A stretch of 64,000 nt of DNA from Verrucomicrobiota bacterium (GTDB taxonomy: Bacteria; Verrucomicrobiota; Verrucomicrobiia; Opitutales; Coraliomargaritaceae): contig JBCBZJ010000018.1 of NCBI GenBank assembly GCA_039815375.1, forward strand, positions 1 to 64,000. The letters run 5' to 3'. Shown here piece by piece: positions 1 through 11,433 of this stretch. Below the pieces are notes generated by a model. That model saw only the letters and a list, made by a program, of their open reading frames with translations, ran no database searches and had not been told where the DNA came from. The translations under genes and the position numbers were made by a program. Position 1 is the stretch's first letter. Each line of letters starts with the position of its first letter.

Positions 1-522
<522 letters not shown>

Positions 523-585
523 TTAATTTAGTAAACATTGCTCTTATCTTACTTTGTTAATCATTAAATGCATTTTGCGAATGCT

Positions 586-1488
586 TTACTCGCTCTCTAA
601 GCTCTTAACATAAGTGCTAGTAATAACGCCGTCTTGAGAGCGAAGGCATGGAATTTTTTGAATTTTCGGATAGGCTCGCAGGCTGCCGTCAGAATACAGA
701 GAATCGCCAAAATCATCTAGGAGATTTCGGTAGCGCGGGCATGCTAGTTTTGGAATTGCTGTAGGTGCATTCGGGTTCTTAGCTATGACTGTTATTGCAG
801 TTGGATTTAACGGGTTGGCTATATATGGAAAGATCTCATGTTTTATGACGCTCATTCCTAAAGACTCTGCGTGATCAACAAGGCCTGAGCAATAACCCAA
901 TCGCCTCATTCGTGCGCGCGCCTCGTTGTTTGCCAGTTCGTAAGCAGGTTCGAGCAGTATAAGAAAACGAGAGGCGACTCTGTATAACTCTTCTATAATC
1001 TTTTTTTCGTTTCCTCCATTCGGCTCAATTGTGTGGGATGTATACACCACATCGAAGGAATCATTCATGTAGGGGGCCTCTAGGATGCTGGCCGTAGAAA
1101 GATGAGTGCCTGGGCAATTCTGATTGCTTAACCAAGACCGGCAATGCGCAATTCGCGACCATGAAATGTCAAAGCCGTGAATGTGCTCAGGTTGCTTGTC
1201 GAATGATTGAATAACGAAAGACAGAGTGGTTCCTTCTCCAACTCCCGGCTCAAGGATACTATTTGCTTGGGTTAGGCTTGAAATTTTCGCAGCGATTGCG
1301 TTGCCGTAATCCAGCTTATGTTGAAACATTTCAGGAGACTCGAGGGCCTTTATGTATGAACCGGTCTGCAGATCATACGCGGTCTCAATTATTTCTTCTG
1401 TGTTTTGCTTTGAATTGGATGCTCGACGGAGTAATTCCGTTATGTTCTCTCCGCGGAGAAAAGCTTCCTTTATTTCATTTGGTTTCAT
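586..1488 (-). CDS. class I SAM-dependent methyltransferase
   Basis: Track ORF 586..1524. It has an LEPGVGEGT glycine-rich SAM motif I and downstream acidic motifs. I place the start at the internal Met (MKPNEIKE) to remove the long overlap-free leader. It lies in the glycan operon. Confidence 0.6.
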   Translation of the reverse strand: MKPNEIKEAFLRGENITELLRRASNSKQNTEEIIETAYDLQTGSYIKALESPEMFQHKLDYGNAIAAKISSLTQANSILEPGVGEGTTLSFVIQSFDKQPEHIHGFDISWSRIAHCRSWLSNQNCPGTHLSTASILEAPYMNDSFDVVYTSHTIEPNGGNEKKIIEELYRVASRFLILLEPAYELANNEARARMRRLGYCSGLVDHAESLGMSVIKHEIFPYIANPLNPTAITVIAKNPNAPTAIPKLACPRYRNLLDDFGDSLYSDGSLRAYPKIQKIPCLRSQDGVITSTYVKSLESE

Positions 1489-1652
1489 TATGTTCTTTTC
1501 AAGATGAAGCTTCAGGACAAACAAAGTTGATGTGCAACCAAGAATATAAAACTCAGATACGTTATATTCGTTATCACGATTTTAAAGCTATGGATAACTT
1601 TGGCTTTTTTTGTCTATGTATTGAATGAATCCTGCGAAATTAGTTATAATTT

Positions 1653-2999
1653 TTAATCAGAGATCTCCGCTATTCGTTTTCGTGCCTCAGTCACATCGCT
1701 AGGTCGAATTGCTTTTAGGTAGTCGCGATAGCGAATTGACATGTTGGCATGCTCTCCTGCGAATTTACGCATAAACATGTGTTTGAACTTCGTGTGCCCC
1801 GGTTCGTCGAATTTTCGGAAAAACTTAACTTTGGCTCCCCTTCTGTAACCCGATATCGAAAATGGGAGTTTTGGTTTTGGTTTTTTTTCTTCAATGACAC
1901 GGTGGATCTCTTCAGCTGCACGAATTGCTGATTTCCCGTCAGATTTGAAGAACCAGCGATCTAGGTAGTCTTTTCTTACTTCCCTAAAGTCCTCCTGTCG
2001 TGGCTCTTTGATTTCTCTTTCAATTAAGGACACGAGCTTATCCGGGTCTTCTAGGTTAGGGGAGCATTTCTTGTAGAACTCGGTGAAAAAAGCTGGATTT
2101 TTCTCGAAGAGTAGAGTCACCGTCGGTTTTCCAGCAATCCAGGATTCGGCTGAGGTCGTGCAATCCTCACAGTTGAGTGTTATGTCGCTATTTAGAATTG
2201 CACTAAAGATTGGTTTGTTTGGTTCAACTTTTATCAGATTCCTATGATTCTCACTGAGACCACCAACAAGGTCTTCGTAATACGAGGCGTCTTCGCGAGG
2301 ATGTGGTCGAAGCGAAATCTGAAACTTATCTGATTCGAGCAGCGGTCGGAGATAATCTATCATCCTTTCTCGGCCGCGAAAATGATCGTCAATCATTTTA
2401 TCGTAGTCGAGTGCTACTGGAATTTTCCCCTCTCCTAAGGACCTGTAAAGAGACTTTCTTTCTTCAGAACTGCGGTGATAGAAGTGTGAGAGACCAAATG
2501 TTGTGTTAAGAAGAACACGGATTCGATCAGATTTGCGAGGTTCTTCGTAATAAGCAGACCAAGGTTCATGGTAGAAATCAAATCGAGGAATTCCGATTGC
2601 AACAGCATTCTCCCGTGGACTTGTAAATTTGTAGTCTCTCAGCATTTCCTCGTGGGGCTTGTTCCATGCTAGAAAAAGGTCACAGTGAACATCTGGGTAT
2701 TGGGGCTCAGAAAAATACCTTCTCGAGTCTTCACTGAATGCTAGGCCCTCATTTAATAGACAGCCAACAAGGACATTCCATTCCTTAAGCTTTGAGGAGA
2801 GCTCCGTAACATGGCTATGCAGTAAATGGTTGAATATGACCATGTCAGGTTTCCATGCATAAATGCACGAACGCCAAGATTCTATTGGCTCAAGACGGGT
2901 TTGAACGCCAAGTTTTTCCAGATGATGTCCTATCAAAGCTGCTCCAAGAAGGTCGCGTTTTTTGAGGTCAATCAAGATGACGACGGATCGTTTTGGCAT
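1653..2999 (-). CDS. uncharacterised 448-aa polysaccharide-biosynthesis-associated protein (possible GT-B-like or capsule-biosynthesis-type transferase)
   Basis: Long intact ORF within a co-directional glycan operon. It has no signal peptide or TM segment. I could not assign a family from sequence alone. Confidence 0.45.
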   Translation of the reverse strand: MPKRSVVILIDLKKRDLLGAALIGHHLEKLGVQTRLEPIESWRSCIYAWKPDMVIFNHLLHSHVTELSSKLKEWNVLVGCLLNEGLAFSEDSRRYFSEPQYPDVHCDLFLAWNKPHEEMLRDYKFTSPRENAVAIGIPRFDFYHEPWSAYYEEPRKSDRIRVLLNTTFGLSHFYHRSSEERKSLYRSLGEGKIPVALDYDKMIDDHFRGRERMIDYLRPLLESDKFQISLRPHPREDASYYEDLVGGLSENHRNLIKVEPNKPIFSAILNSDITLNCEDCTTSAESWIAGKPTVTLLFEKNPAFFTEFYKKCSPNLEDPDKLVSLIEREIKEPRQEDFREVRKDYLDRWFFKSDGKSAIRAAEEIHRVIEEKKPKPKLPFSISGYRRGAKVKFFRKFDEPGHTKFKHMFMRKFAGEHANMSIRYRDYLKAIRPSDVTEARKRIAEISD

Positions 3000-3440
3000 A
3001 GATTTGGTTTTTTAGATAGGCTGTTAGTCGCGCAGACTTCCTTATATGTTAATCGCACTATTTGTTAGTGCTCTCGACAAGTATTTTCGCAATTCGCATT
3101 TTGCAGTGTATCTCAATGCAAGTCTATGCGTCGCGAGTGTGGACTGAAGCGCAACCCCTGAATTCTACGTGTATTTAGGTTAGTCTACCGCATTTAAGGA
3201 GAAATAATGCGCTACCCTACAAATGTTTTTTGCATTGTAATGCGAATCTCTGATTCCGGCGTCTTCCGGAAGGCCCATACTTCTAGATTATTGGTGGGAT
3301 ATTGTGACCACGAGTCTGTGTGGCTAATAAAAAAAGGTTTGTATCGGTGATCATACACCGTACCACCGACATAAAAAGCGGCGCAGACTAAGCCTCGTGA
3401 AGTGGGCAGGAAGTCTGATTCCGAATTGCGGCTCTCGAAT

Positions 3441-4061
3441 CTAGGTTTTTTTCCGTAGTAAAAACCAAGTAGTGTCATCCTGTGGAAAGATCGGGTCGCG
3501 ACGATAATTAAACCCATAAGAGACTAACTCTAGATCTGGAAAACGGTCTAAGATTTCACCTGCGAAGTCGCGTTTAAATAGCCGATCTTCGTGCCCTCGG
3601 TAACTTACTGAAACAGGAGTAGGATTGTAGTATTCGGAGACGAGAATCCACTTTTTACTGGTAGTGTAGAGGCGGTCATAGACATCGTTAAGCTTGTTCG
3701 GGTTGATGTGAATGAGAACGCCTCGAATTAAGGAAAGTTCGAAGGTCTCGGTCGGCGTAAAATCCAGAATAGATTGATGATGGACCGTAGTGTCAGGAAT
3801 AGATTTCAAATGGTCTACGGCCGATTGATTGATTTCAATGGCGTCGAGCGAAATTTTTGGAAGTAGCCGCTTGAGGGTAATGAGATTCAGCCCCCTATTG
3901 GCACCAAATTCAATTGCCGTATCAATTGGACCGGTATGTTTAAGTATCTCTGAGAAATTACTTAATAGTGATGCCTCGTAATGTGGTCCTGCGTTGCGAT
4001 CAGTATACTCGTCACCAAATGTGCCGGTCCAGAAAGCTTCCTGCGCTGTTTGATAGGCCAT
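3441..4061 (-). CDS. SAM-dependent methyltransferase resembling the pseudaminic-acid-biosynthesis-associated methylase family
   Basis: N-terminal WTGTFGDEYTDRN-type motif followed by a small Rossmann MTase core (IEFGANRG). It is small (206 aa) and sits in the same operon as the pseB-like gene. The family assignment rests on my recall of TIGR03587-like proteins. Confidence 0.5.
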   Translation of the reverse strand: MAYQTAQEAFWTGTFGDEYTDRNAGPHYEASLLSNFSEILKHTGPIDTAIEFGANRGLNLITLKRLLPKISLDAIEINQSAVDHLKSIPDTTVHHQSILDFTPTETFELSLIRGVLIHINPNKLNDVYDRLYTTSKKWILVSEYYNPTPVSVSYRGHEDRLFKRDFAGEILDRFPDLELVSYGFNYRRDPIFPQDDTTWFLLRKKT

Positions 4062-4176
4062 AGTGGATAAAGCTAGCCTTTGCCATTAGCCTAATGTCAA
4101 CGTTAAAGGCAATGGATCGAATGTCAGTCATGAAACAAAGGATGCTTGAACCGCAGATAACAAATTTTGTAATAAG

Positions 4177-4851
4177 TCACTGTAGTTCGTGAATCGATTC
4201 CTGCGTGTTCAGGCTTGGAAGAGCATCGCCTGACTTGCCCAAAATCGCAGTGAACATTGAATAGTATGTGGGGATGGGCTGTATCGAAACAAGAAATCGG
4301 TCCCGATCTCGCCGGCAGCTTAGTGGTCGAGCGTGAAATCGAACGCCGTCTAAGTCGATCAAGTGAGGTGTCCCGTCAGGCGCGATTAACAAGTTTCGGG
4401 CGTGAAAATCGCCATGTGTGAGACGATTTTGTTTCAGTTGATGAAGTAGCGAAAGAACGTTGGCTGGGACGGAGTCCGGTACATCTTCCCCATCTACCAG
4501 AGATTCTCTTAAGGCTTTATGGGGGCAGAATTCAGTGACTAAGACTTGGGATTTTCCCTGCTTAGATAGGAGTATTGGACGGGGTGTATTGATGCCAGCT
4601 TTCAGTAGATATAGACCTGCACGGTAGGATCGATCTGCTCTGGATCGCTTGAAAAACGCGGCGAGTTTTTGGCGCATACTTCGCATCTCGTAGAACTTTG
4701 CAATGAGATCGAGGTGATCGACCTGAAATCGAAAGATGGACTGATCTTTTGATTCGTAGATTGGGGATTCCGAATTCGGGAGTTCGGATAGTCGTTTTCT
4801 TATCTTCGCGAGTATTGCCGAACTTATGTTTTTCTGAGAATTTAGATCCAT
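4177..4851 (-). CDS. lipopolysaccharide kinase (Kdo/WaaP/InaA) family protein
   Basis: Catalytic-loop motif HGDFHARNLL followed by IDLDGVRF. It is a protein-kinase-like fold of the LPS core kinase family. Confidence 0.6.
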   Translation of the reverse strand: MDLNSQKNISSAILAKIRKRLSELPNSESPIYESKDQSIFRFQVDHLDLIAKFYEMRSMRQKLAAFFKRSRADRSYRAGLYLLKAGINTPRPILLSKQGKSQVLVTEFCPHKALRESLVDGEDVPDSVPANVLSLLHQLKQNRLTHGDFHARNLLIAPDGTPHLIDLDGVRFHARPLSCRRDRDRFLVSIQPIPTYYSMFTAILGKSGDALPSLNTQESIHELQ

Positions 4852-4852
4852 T

Positions 4853-5542
4853 CTATGCTATGCAGTCGTTGAGAATTGACGCCGCAATAGGGTTGTCTCT
4901 CCAATTCTTCTGAAAGCGGTATTGGTCGTAGTTTCGGGCACGCTTCCATGTGTAACCTTGGAGATTGAAGCGGGTGTCATCAAGGTCGATGAATGCAATT
5001 TCGTTTCTACTATTAACGATGATGTTGGTGTTTTTGAGGTCACCGTGGGCGACATGATGTTCAGCCATGGTTTGAAGGGCTGATTTTAGTGCAGGGGCAA
5101 TTGCTTTGTAGCGGTCTTGTTCGAGAAAGCGAAGTTGAATTCCCTCGATGTAATCAGTAGCGAGAAAGGACATAGAATTGATCAAGCCTAGACTGTGGAA
5201 TTCGGCCACAGCAAGAGGCTGTGGCGTTGGAATTTTCAGATAGGCAAAGCCATGGGCGGCGATCCAACTTCTTTTACAATGGGAACCGACAATTCTGTTA
5301 CGAATTTTTTTGGCGATATTTGTCGGGTAGTAGTATTTCAGAGTGACTTTCCTGCCGCTCGCAAGTCGGTAGGCTCCCACTTTTGACCGGGAGCCATCTT
5401 TTATAAGTTCTAGGTCATCAGGTCTTTGAGTGGACAGTTTGGTGAGTTCCTCTTCCTCTTCGGAATTGACGTTGGCAAAGGTCGTTCGGGCCGCCCGGGC
5501 GAGAGCCTGCTTCAAGGTTTCATTGCGTTCCCGTCTTGTCAT
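4853..5542 (-). CDS. lipopolysaccharide kinase (Kdo/WaaP/InaA) family protein, tandem paralog
   Basis: Motifs HGDLKNTNII and IDLDDTRF. It is separated from the downstream kinase by 1 nt. Confidence 0.6.
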   Translation of the reverse strand: MTRRERNETLKQALARAARTTFANVNSEEEEELTKLSTQRPDDLELIKDGSRSKVGAYRLASGRKVTLKYYYPTNIAKKIRNRIVGSHCKRSWIAAHGFAYLKIPTPQPLAVAEFHSLGLINSMSFLATDYIEGIQLRFLEQDRYKAIAPALKSALQTMAEHHVAHGDLKNTNIIVNSRNEIAFIDLDDTRFNLQGYTWKRARNYDQYRFQKNWRDNPIAASILNDCIA

Positions 5543-6642
5543 TGATTCAGTTGTTCCAGCATCATTTCAGCGTTTCTAGAAATAGTGTATTTTCTGGCAG
5601 TTTTCTGTGCCGCAGAGCGCATCTCCCGTCTTTTTTCGGCCGGGAGTTGCAGAAACCGAATGATTTTTTCGGCAATATCCTCAACCAAATGGTCGGTTGC
5701 GCCTTCAATAACATATCCGTTTTGCCCTTCATCAATAAGCTCCGATGAGCCATTGGTGGTAGTCGTGAGAACGGGCAGGCTGCAGGCCAGAGATTCAAGA
5801 ACGACATTGGCAAAGGGATCATAGAGCGAGGGGAAGATGAAAAGGTCAGAACTCTGGTAGTTTTTTTGGATTTCTTTAGTTGAGCCTTCGAAGTTGATGC
5901 GTTGAGAAATGCCCAGTTTTGTTGCCAACTTTTGGTAGGGCCCGGGTTTATTGGAGCCAATGACCCGTAATGTGCAGTCGTAACCTTTGTCGATCACCTT
6001 TGCGAAGGCTCGTATGACAGGACCTAATCCCTTACGTTTGAAGTCCTGGCCAACGAAAAGAAGCTTAATCAGGTCACCCTCAATATAGCCCGGATCCGGA
6101 GTAAACTGCTCGTGGTCGACGCCGTTGTAAATGACGTGGACTCTCTCTTGAGGATACCGGTAATATTTTGCAATGAGAGCCTTCGAAAGTTTTGAATTGG
6201 TTACAATGATCCGTGTGTTTACAGGATCCATGATGGCTCGTTCGATCTTAAATATGGCGCGGTGCCTGGGATTTAGGTTTTCGATAAAGCGGCGTATTTT
6301 GCCGGGATATCGCACGCCCATCCAATAGCAATGCAGAGGGTCAGAGACGCGGAAAACATCGGATGGGTAGGTTCGCGACAAAGCAATCTTTGTGTCCGGT
6401 TGGACCTTTGCCAGCGCGGCCTGAGCGTTGAGATGAAAGGACTGGCTACGCTGAGAGGATGAGATGCGCTTAACTGGAATGTGTAAATAGTTGATTGCTG
6501 GATGAACATTTTCCCCAAGCTTTTCTGCAAGAACCCATACCTCATGACCCATGTTACAAAGCTCGCGGCATAGACTCGCTGCGTAGCGTTCGGCACCACC
6601 CTTTGTGTAGGAAACTTCACGGCGAATGATGGCGATTTTCAT
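5539..6642 (-). CDS. glycosyltransferase family 4 (WaaG/RfaG-like)
   Basis: GT4 C-terminal signature (FPSLYDPFANVVLESLACSLPVLTT...GYV) and an N-terminal GT4 domain. It is the first gene of the minus-strand operon. Confidence 0.75.
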   Translation of the reverse strand: MKIAIIRREVSYTKGGAERYAASLCRELCNMGHEVWVLAEKLGENVHPAINYLHIPVKRISSSQRSQSFHLNAQAALAKVQPDTKIALSRTYPSDVFRVSDPLHCYWMGVRYPGKIRRFIENLNPRHRAIFKIERAIMDPVNTRIIVTNSKLSKALIAKYYRYPQERVHVIYNGVDHEQFTPDPGYIEGDLIKLLFVGQDFKRKGLGPVIRAFAKVIDKGYDCTLRVIGSNKPGPYQKLATKLGISQRINFEGSTKEIQKNYQSSDLFIFPSLYDPFANVVLESLACSLPVLTTTTNGSSELIDEGQNGYVIEGATDHLVEDIAEKIIRFLQLPAEKRREMRSAAQKTARKYTISRNAEMMLEQLNQ

Positions 6643-6999
6643 GCAGATTCGGTTTTAGGGAGAAGGTTAGAGTCTTCCAATAAATTCCATGAGAAAATCG
6701 TTTTCGATTCTGATTTTGCAATTTCTTATAAGCCTGCCTTGAAAGAATCGATAATGTGCGTGAAAAAATGTTGTTTCGTCTGCTGATATAACTCGGATCA
6801 AGAGCTCACAAGTGGCAAGGGAATCAGACTGAAAGTGTGAGTAGGATTCGTATCGAGCTGCGTCGCTCATCTTACAAAAACACGTCTATAGGTGAATTTT
6901 TGGCCATCAACAGTCTGTTTTAACACAAATTTTGGTATTAAATATCGCTTTGACGGATCGATGGCTTTCCCTTCTCATCCGCGCTTTTCGATTTGAGCC

Positions 7000-8274
7000 A
7001 TGATTGATATTAAGCTCCTCCGTGAGCAGCCGGAACAAACTAAGGCTGCCATCGCCAATAAGAAATTTTCCTGTGACATCGATGCTGTCTTGAAACTCGA
7101 TGAGACTCGTCGTGCAAAAATCACTGAGGCTGAAACGGCTCGAGCTCAGCAGAAGGCCGCAAATCAGGAAATGGCCGGGCTTCAAAAAGGCTCGCCTGAG
7201 TTTCTTGAAAAAGTGCAGCAGATGAAGGCCATCGCAGCTGGTGCGAAGGATTTGGAAGCGTCGGCAAAAGAGGCAGACGAAGCCTTTCAGGCCGCTTTTC
7301 TGGAGATCCCGAATCTGCCGGATCCATCGGTTCCGCTTGGTAGGGGGGAGGACGAGAACGTGGTGGCCTCGACTTGGGGCGATGCGGACGCGGAGTTTCC
7401 AAATGCACTGCCGCACTTCGATATCCCTTGGTTTGAGTCGCGGATCGACTTTGCCCGTGGGGTTAAGGCGACGGGTGCTGGTTTTCCGTTCTATGTTGGC
7501 GAGATGTCGAGGTTGGTTCGTGCGCTGGTTAATTTCTTTTTACAGGAAGCGCAGTCCAATGGCTATGAAGAGGTGCTGCCCCCGATTGTGGTGAATGCAG
7601 AGAGCGCGACCGCGACCGGCCAACTTCCTGACAAAGAAGGCCAGATGTATGTCGACGAAAATGAAGGGCTTTACCTTGTCCCAACAGCGGAGGTCCCGGT
7701 GACCAACTTTTACCGAGACGAGATTCTCGATTCGAATCAGCTCCCCATTTATCGTTGTGCCTACACGCCTTGTTTCCGTCGTGAAGCAGGTAGTTGGGGC
7801 GCTCATGTGCGCGGCTTGAATCGGCTTCATCAGTTTGATAAAGTCGAATTGGTTAAATGGACCGATGCCGAAACCAGCATGGAAGAGCTCGAAAAGCTGC
7901 GGGACAATGTCGAAAGCACTTTGCAAAAGTTGGGTCTCCCTTACCGCGTGCTTCGGATGTGCACCGGTGATATTGGATTCCCTCATGCGAAGCAGTATGA
8001 CTTGGAAGTATTTGCTGCTGGGCAGAAACGCTGGCTGGAGGTTTCAAGTTGCTCCAACTTCACCGATTTCCAGGCACGGCGTGCTGGTATTCGTTATCGC
8101 GGTCCAGATGGAAAGCCTGTTACTGCGCACACCCTAAACGGGTCGGGCCTTGCTGTGCCGCGAGTGCTTGCGGCAATTCTCGAAAATAATCTTCAATCGG
8201 ATGGCAGGGTTAAGGTGCCGGATTGCCTTCAATACTGGATGCAGCAAGAGTTTATTGGTGAGATCATAAGCTGA
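7000..8274 (+). CDS. serS: seryl-tRNA synthetase
   Basis: N-terminal coiled-coil arm (MIDIKLLREQPE...) and class II core motifs (FRREAGSWGAHVRGLNRLHQFDKVE; GSGLAVPR). Confidence 0.95.
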   Translation: MIDIKLLREQPEQTKAAIANKKFSCDIDAVLKLDETRRAKITEAETARAQQKAANQEMAGLQKGSPEFLEKVQQMKAIAAGAKDLEASAKEADEAFQAAFLEIPNLPDPSVPLGRGEDENVVASTWGDADAEFPNALPHFDIPWFESRIDFARGVKATGAGFPFYVGEMSRLVRALVNFFLQEAQSNGYEEVLPPIVVNAESATATGQLPDKEGQMYVDENEGLYLVPTAEVPVTNFYRDEILDSNQLPIYRCAYTPCFRREAGSWGAHVRGLNRLHQFDKVELVKWTDAETSMEELEKLRDNVESTLQKLGLPYRVLRMCTGDIGFPHAKQYDLEVFAAGQKRWLEVSSCSNFTDFQARRAGIRYRGPDGKPVTAHTLNGSGLAVPRVLAAILENNLQSDGRVKVPDCLQYWMQQEFIGEIIS

Positions 8275-8319
8275 AGCCTTGGCTTGCCTTAGCGCCAGAC
8301 TTTTAAAGACTAAAGGCGA

Positions 8320-8559
8320 ATGGAACTAATTAAAGAAATGATCTATTCGGGTAATCTCATTGCCTGGATTATACTGGTTCTGCTTCTTATCATTTTTGTT
8401 AAGGTTTTGAAGAGTGCAGGGAAGGGTATCCTGCTCTTTGCTGCTTTCTGCGGATGCGTCTTTGTTATCGCAAAATTTTTCCCTGGTGTTGCTGAACCGA
8501 TTGCCGATTTTATCCGTGGCGGTTGGCTTGGTGAACACCGTCCGGATCGTCCTTGGTAG
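8320..8559 (+). CDS. small two-helix membrane protein (hypothetical)
   Basis: 79-aa ORF with an AAGG-type RBS and two hydrophobic helices. It lies in the serS-proS gap. Confidence 0.4.
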   Translation: MELIKEMIYSGNLIAWIILVLLLIIFVKVLKSAGKGILLFAAFCGCVFVIAKFFPGVAEPIADFIRGGWLGEHRPDRPW

Positions 8560-8704
8560 TCTTCCTGTTTCCTGCTGCTCAAGCTATACCCTGCATCTTG
8601 GCGCTTGGTTTGTTAGGGGGCTTCTTGCTTTCAAACGTGTTACCTGAATGCAGATGCGATTTGGCATTGCACGGCTCGTTTAGGCCATTTTGCTAGCCGT
8701 CCAT

Positions 8705-10225
<1,521 letters not shown>

Positions 10226-10388
10226 AGCTCCAGCCAAAGACTTATTATTGCATTAGAAAAAATACGTTTACCCCGAGTTGAGTTCGGGTTGGGTCTCGTA
10301 TCGGTTTCAGCGATTATTCGATCTCTTTACGCTAGAGTGTTCCTTGAGGAGGCTAAAGTCGTCAGCAACAAGCCTGTCTAAATGGGAA

Positions 10389-11405
10389 TTACCAAAGAGA
10401 CGGGCTAATCCATTGCTCTAGCGAGTTGCTTGCTTGCGATTCCAGTCCTGGTAAGAACTGCATACCGGTCTGATGCTCGATTTCTCCAATTGAAGAGATA
10501 TAGGGTTCTAGCTGATCTCCGCTCGCATCGGCCGGAATGATCAGACTGAGAGCTCGCAGGCCACCTGCCTCGGTCAGATCGAACACTATGATGTAAAACG
10601 CATTGGGAATTGTCACGCCTGAGGCCATTCTTTGGCCTTCAGCCTCATAGATAGGCCCCAGATAGAGCCAAACTTCCTCAAACCGCATCGGGTATCTGAG
10701 TGCAAACTCACGAATCACCTCTTGCCAAATACCCTGAGCGAAAGTCTCAGTCATCGGGACCAGATTTGTGAAAAGATTGGCTTCCTGCACGCCGATTTCG
10801 CCATGCTGCCTCTCCAATGGAATCACGGGCCCGAGATTGTAAGCGGCCCATTTGCCCAATCGCATTTCGGCAGGTTGCAAGTTCTTGATGCGCGGATCTC
10901 TGATAAAGGGAATCTTGATATTGGCGTCTCGTGGTTTCTGCTTAATCAGCCGGATAGCCACACACTGGGCCTGCTTATCTGAGGTGCTAAACAGGTTGAA
11001 GTAGGAGCGATTGCGAAGTAGTTGAACCTGCCGTCTGGAGCGCGGCTGTCCGGCAAGGAAATGTGATTCTTCCCGACCGATCTCACCGCCATCGACACTG
11101 AAGCCTTCGCTATCCGGGATTTTATCATAGATCCTGTCCAGTGCTGAAATGGCCGGTCCAGGGAGCCAACCACTTGACCGCAAAGCCTGCGTTGAGCTGA
11201 TTCCAATCTGATGATAATGCTCGCGAATCTCGAAAGAGCCGAAGAAGTAGGCCGCAGAAGCCAGGGCCAAAACAGCTAGAAACAGGACAAATCCGCCCTT
11301 TGCAAGCTTCCCGAAGCCGTTCTTATTAAGGCTCTTGGAGTGCTTTCGAGAGGCTTTCTTCGCCCGCCTTTTGTCAGTCTTTTTCTTGGTGCGCTTGGAT
11401 GGCAT
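10389..11405 (-). CDS. membrane-anchored protein of the DNA/RNA non-specific endonuclease (Endonuclease_NS)-like type, with a variant active site
   Basis: Lys/Arg-rich N-terminus followed by one TM helix. The segment TNLVPMTETFAQGIWQEVIRE resembles the N..PQ...N.G.W..E metal-site motif of Serratia-type nucleases. The canonical DRGH is replaced by an ERQH-like sequence. Confidence 0.4.
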   Translation of the reverse strand: MPSKRTKKKTDKRRAKKASRKHSKSLNKNGFGKLAKGGFVLFLAVLALASAAYFFGSFEIREHYHQIGISSTQALRSSGWLPGPAISALDRIYDKIPDSEGFSVDGGEIGREESHFLAGQPRSRRQVQLLRNRSYFNLFSTSDKQAQCVAIRLIKQKPRDANIKIPFIRDPRIKNLQPAEMRLGKWAAYNLGPVIPLERQHGEIGVQEANLFTNLVPMTETFAQGIWQEVIREFALRYPMRFEEVWLYLGPIYEAEGQRMASGVTIPNAFYIIVFDLTEAGGLRALSLIIPADASGDQLEPYISSIGEIEHQTGMQFLPGLESQASNSLEQWISPSLW

Positions 11406-11433
11406 CTAACCAGATACAAGCAGGGCGGAGCAC

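Noticed and set aside
3212-3517. 101-codon minus-strand ORF in the glycan operon gap
   Set aside because: It overlaps the upstream methylase by 38-77 nt, and it has no recognisable motif or RBS. I treat it as probably non-coding or a gene remnant.
6667-6870. 67-codon ORF in the GT4-serS divergent intergenic region
   Set aside because: It has no RBS and no homology, and it sits where divergent promoters are expected.
6907-7416. 169-codon and 95-codon minus-strand ORFs opposite serS, and many similar 60-130-codon antisense ORFs throughout (for example 5562-5960, 15297-15806, 57775-58395)
   Set aside because: They are antisense to well-supported genes. They have arginine- or serine-rich low-complexity translations typical of GC-skewed antisense frames, and no start context.
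10226-10388. CCCGA-gttgagt-TCGGG hairpin after proS as a terminator
   Set aside because: The stem is short and there is no adequate U-tract on either strand. I leave it uncalled.
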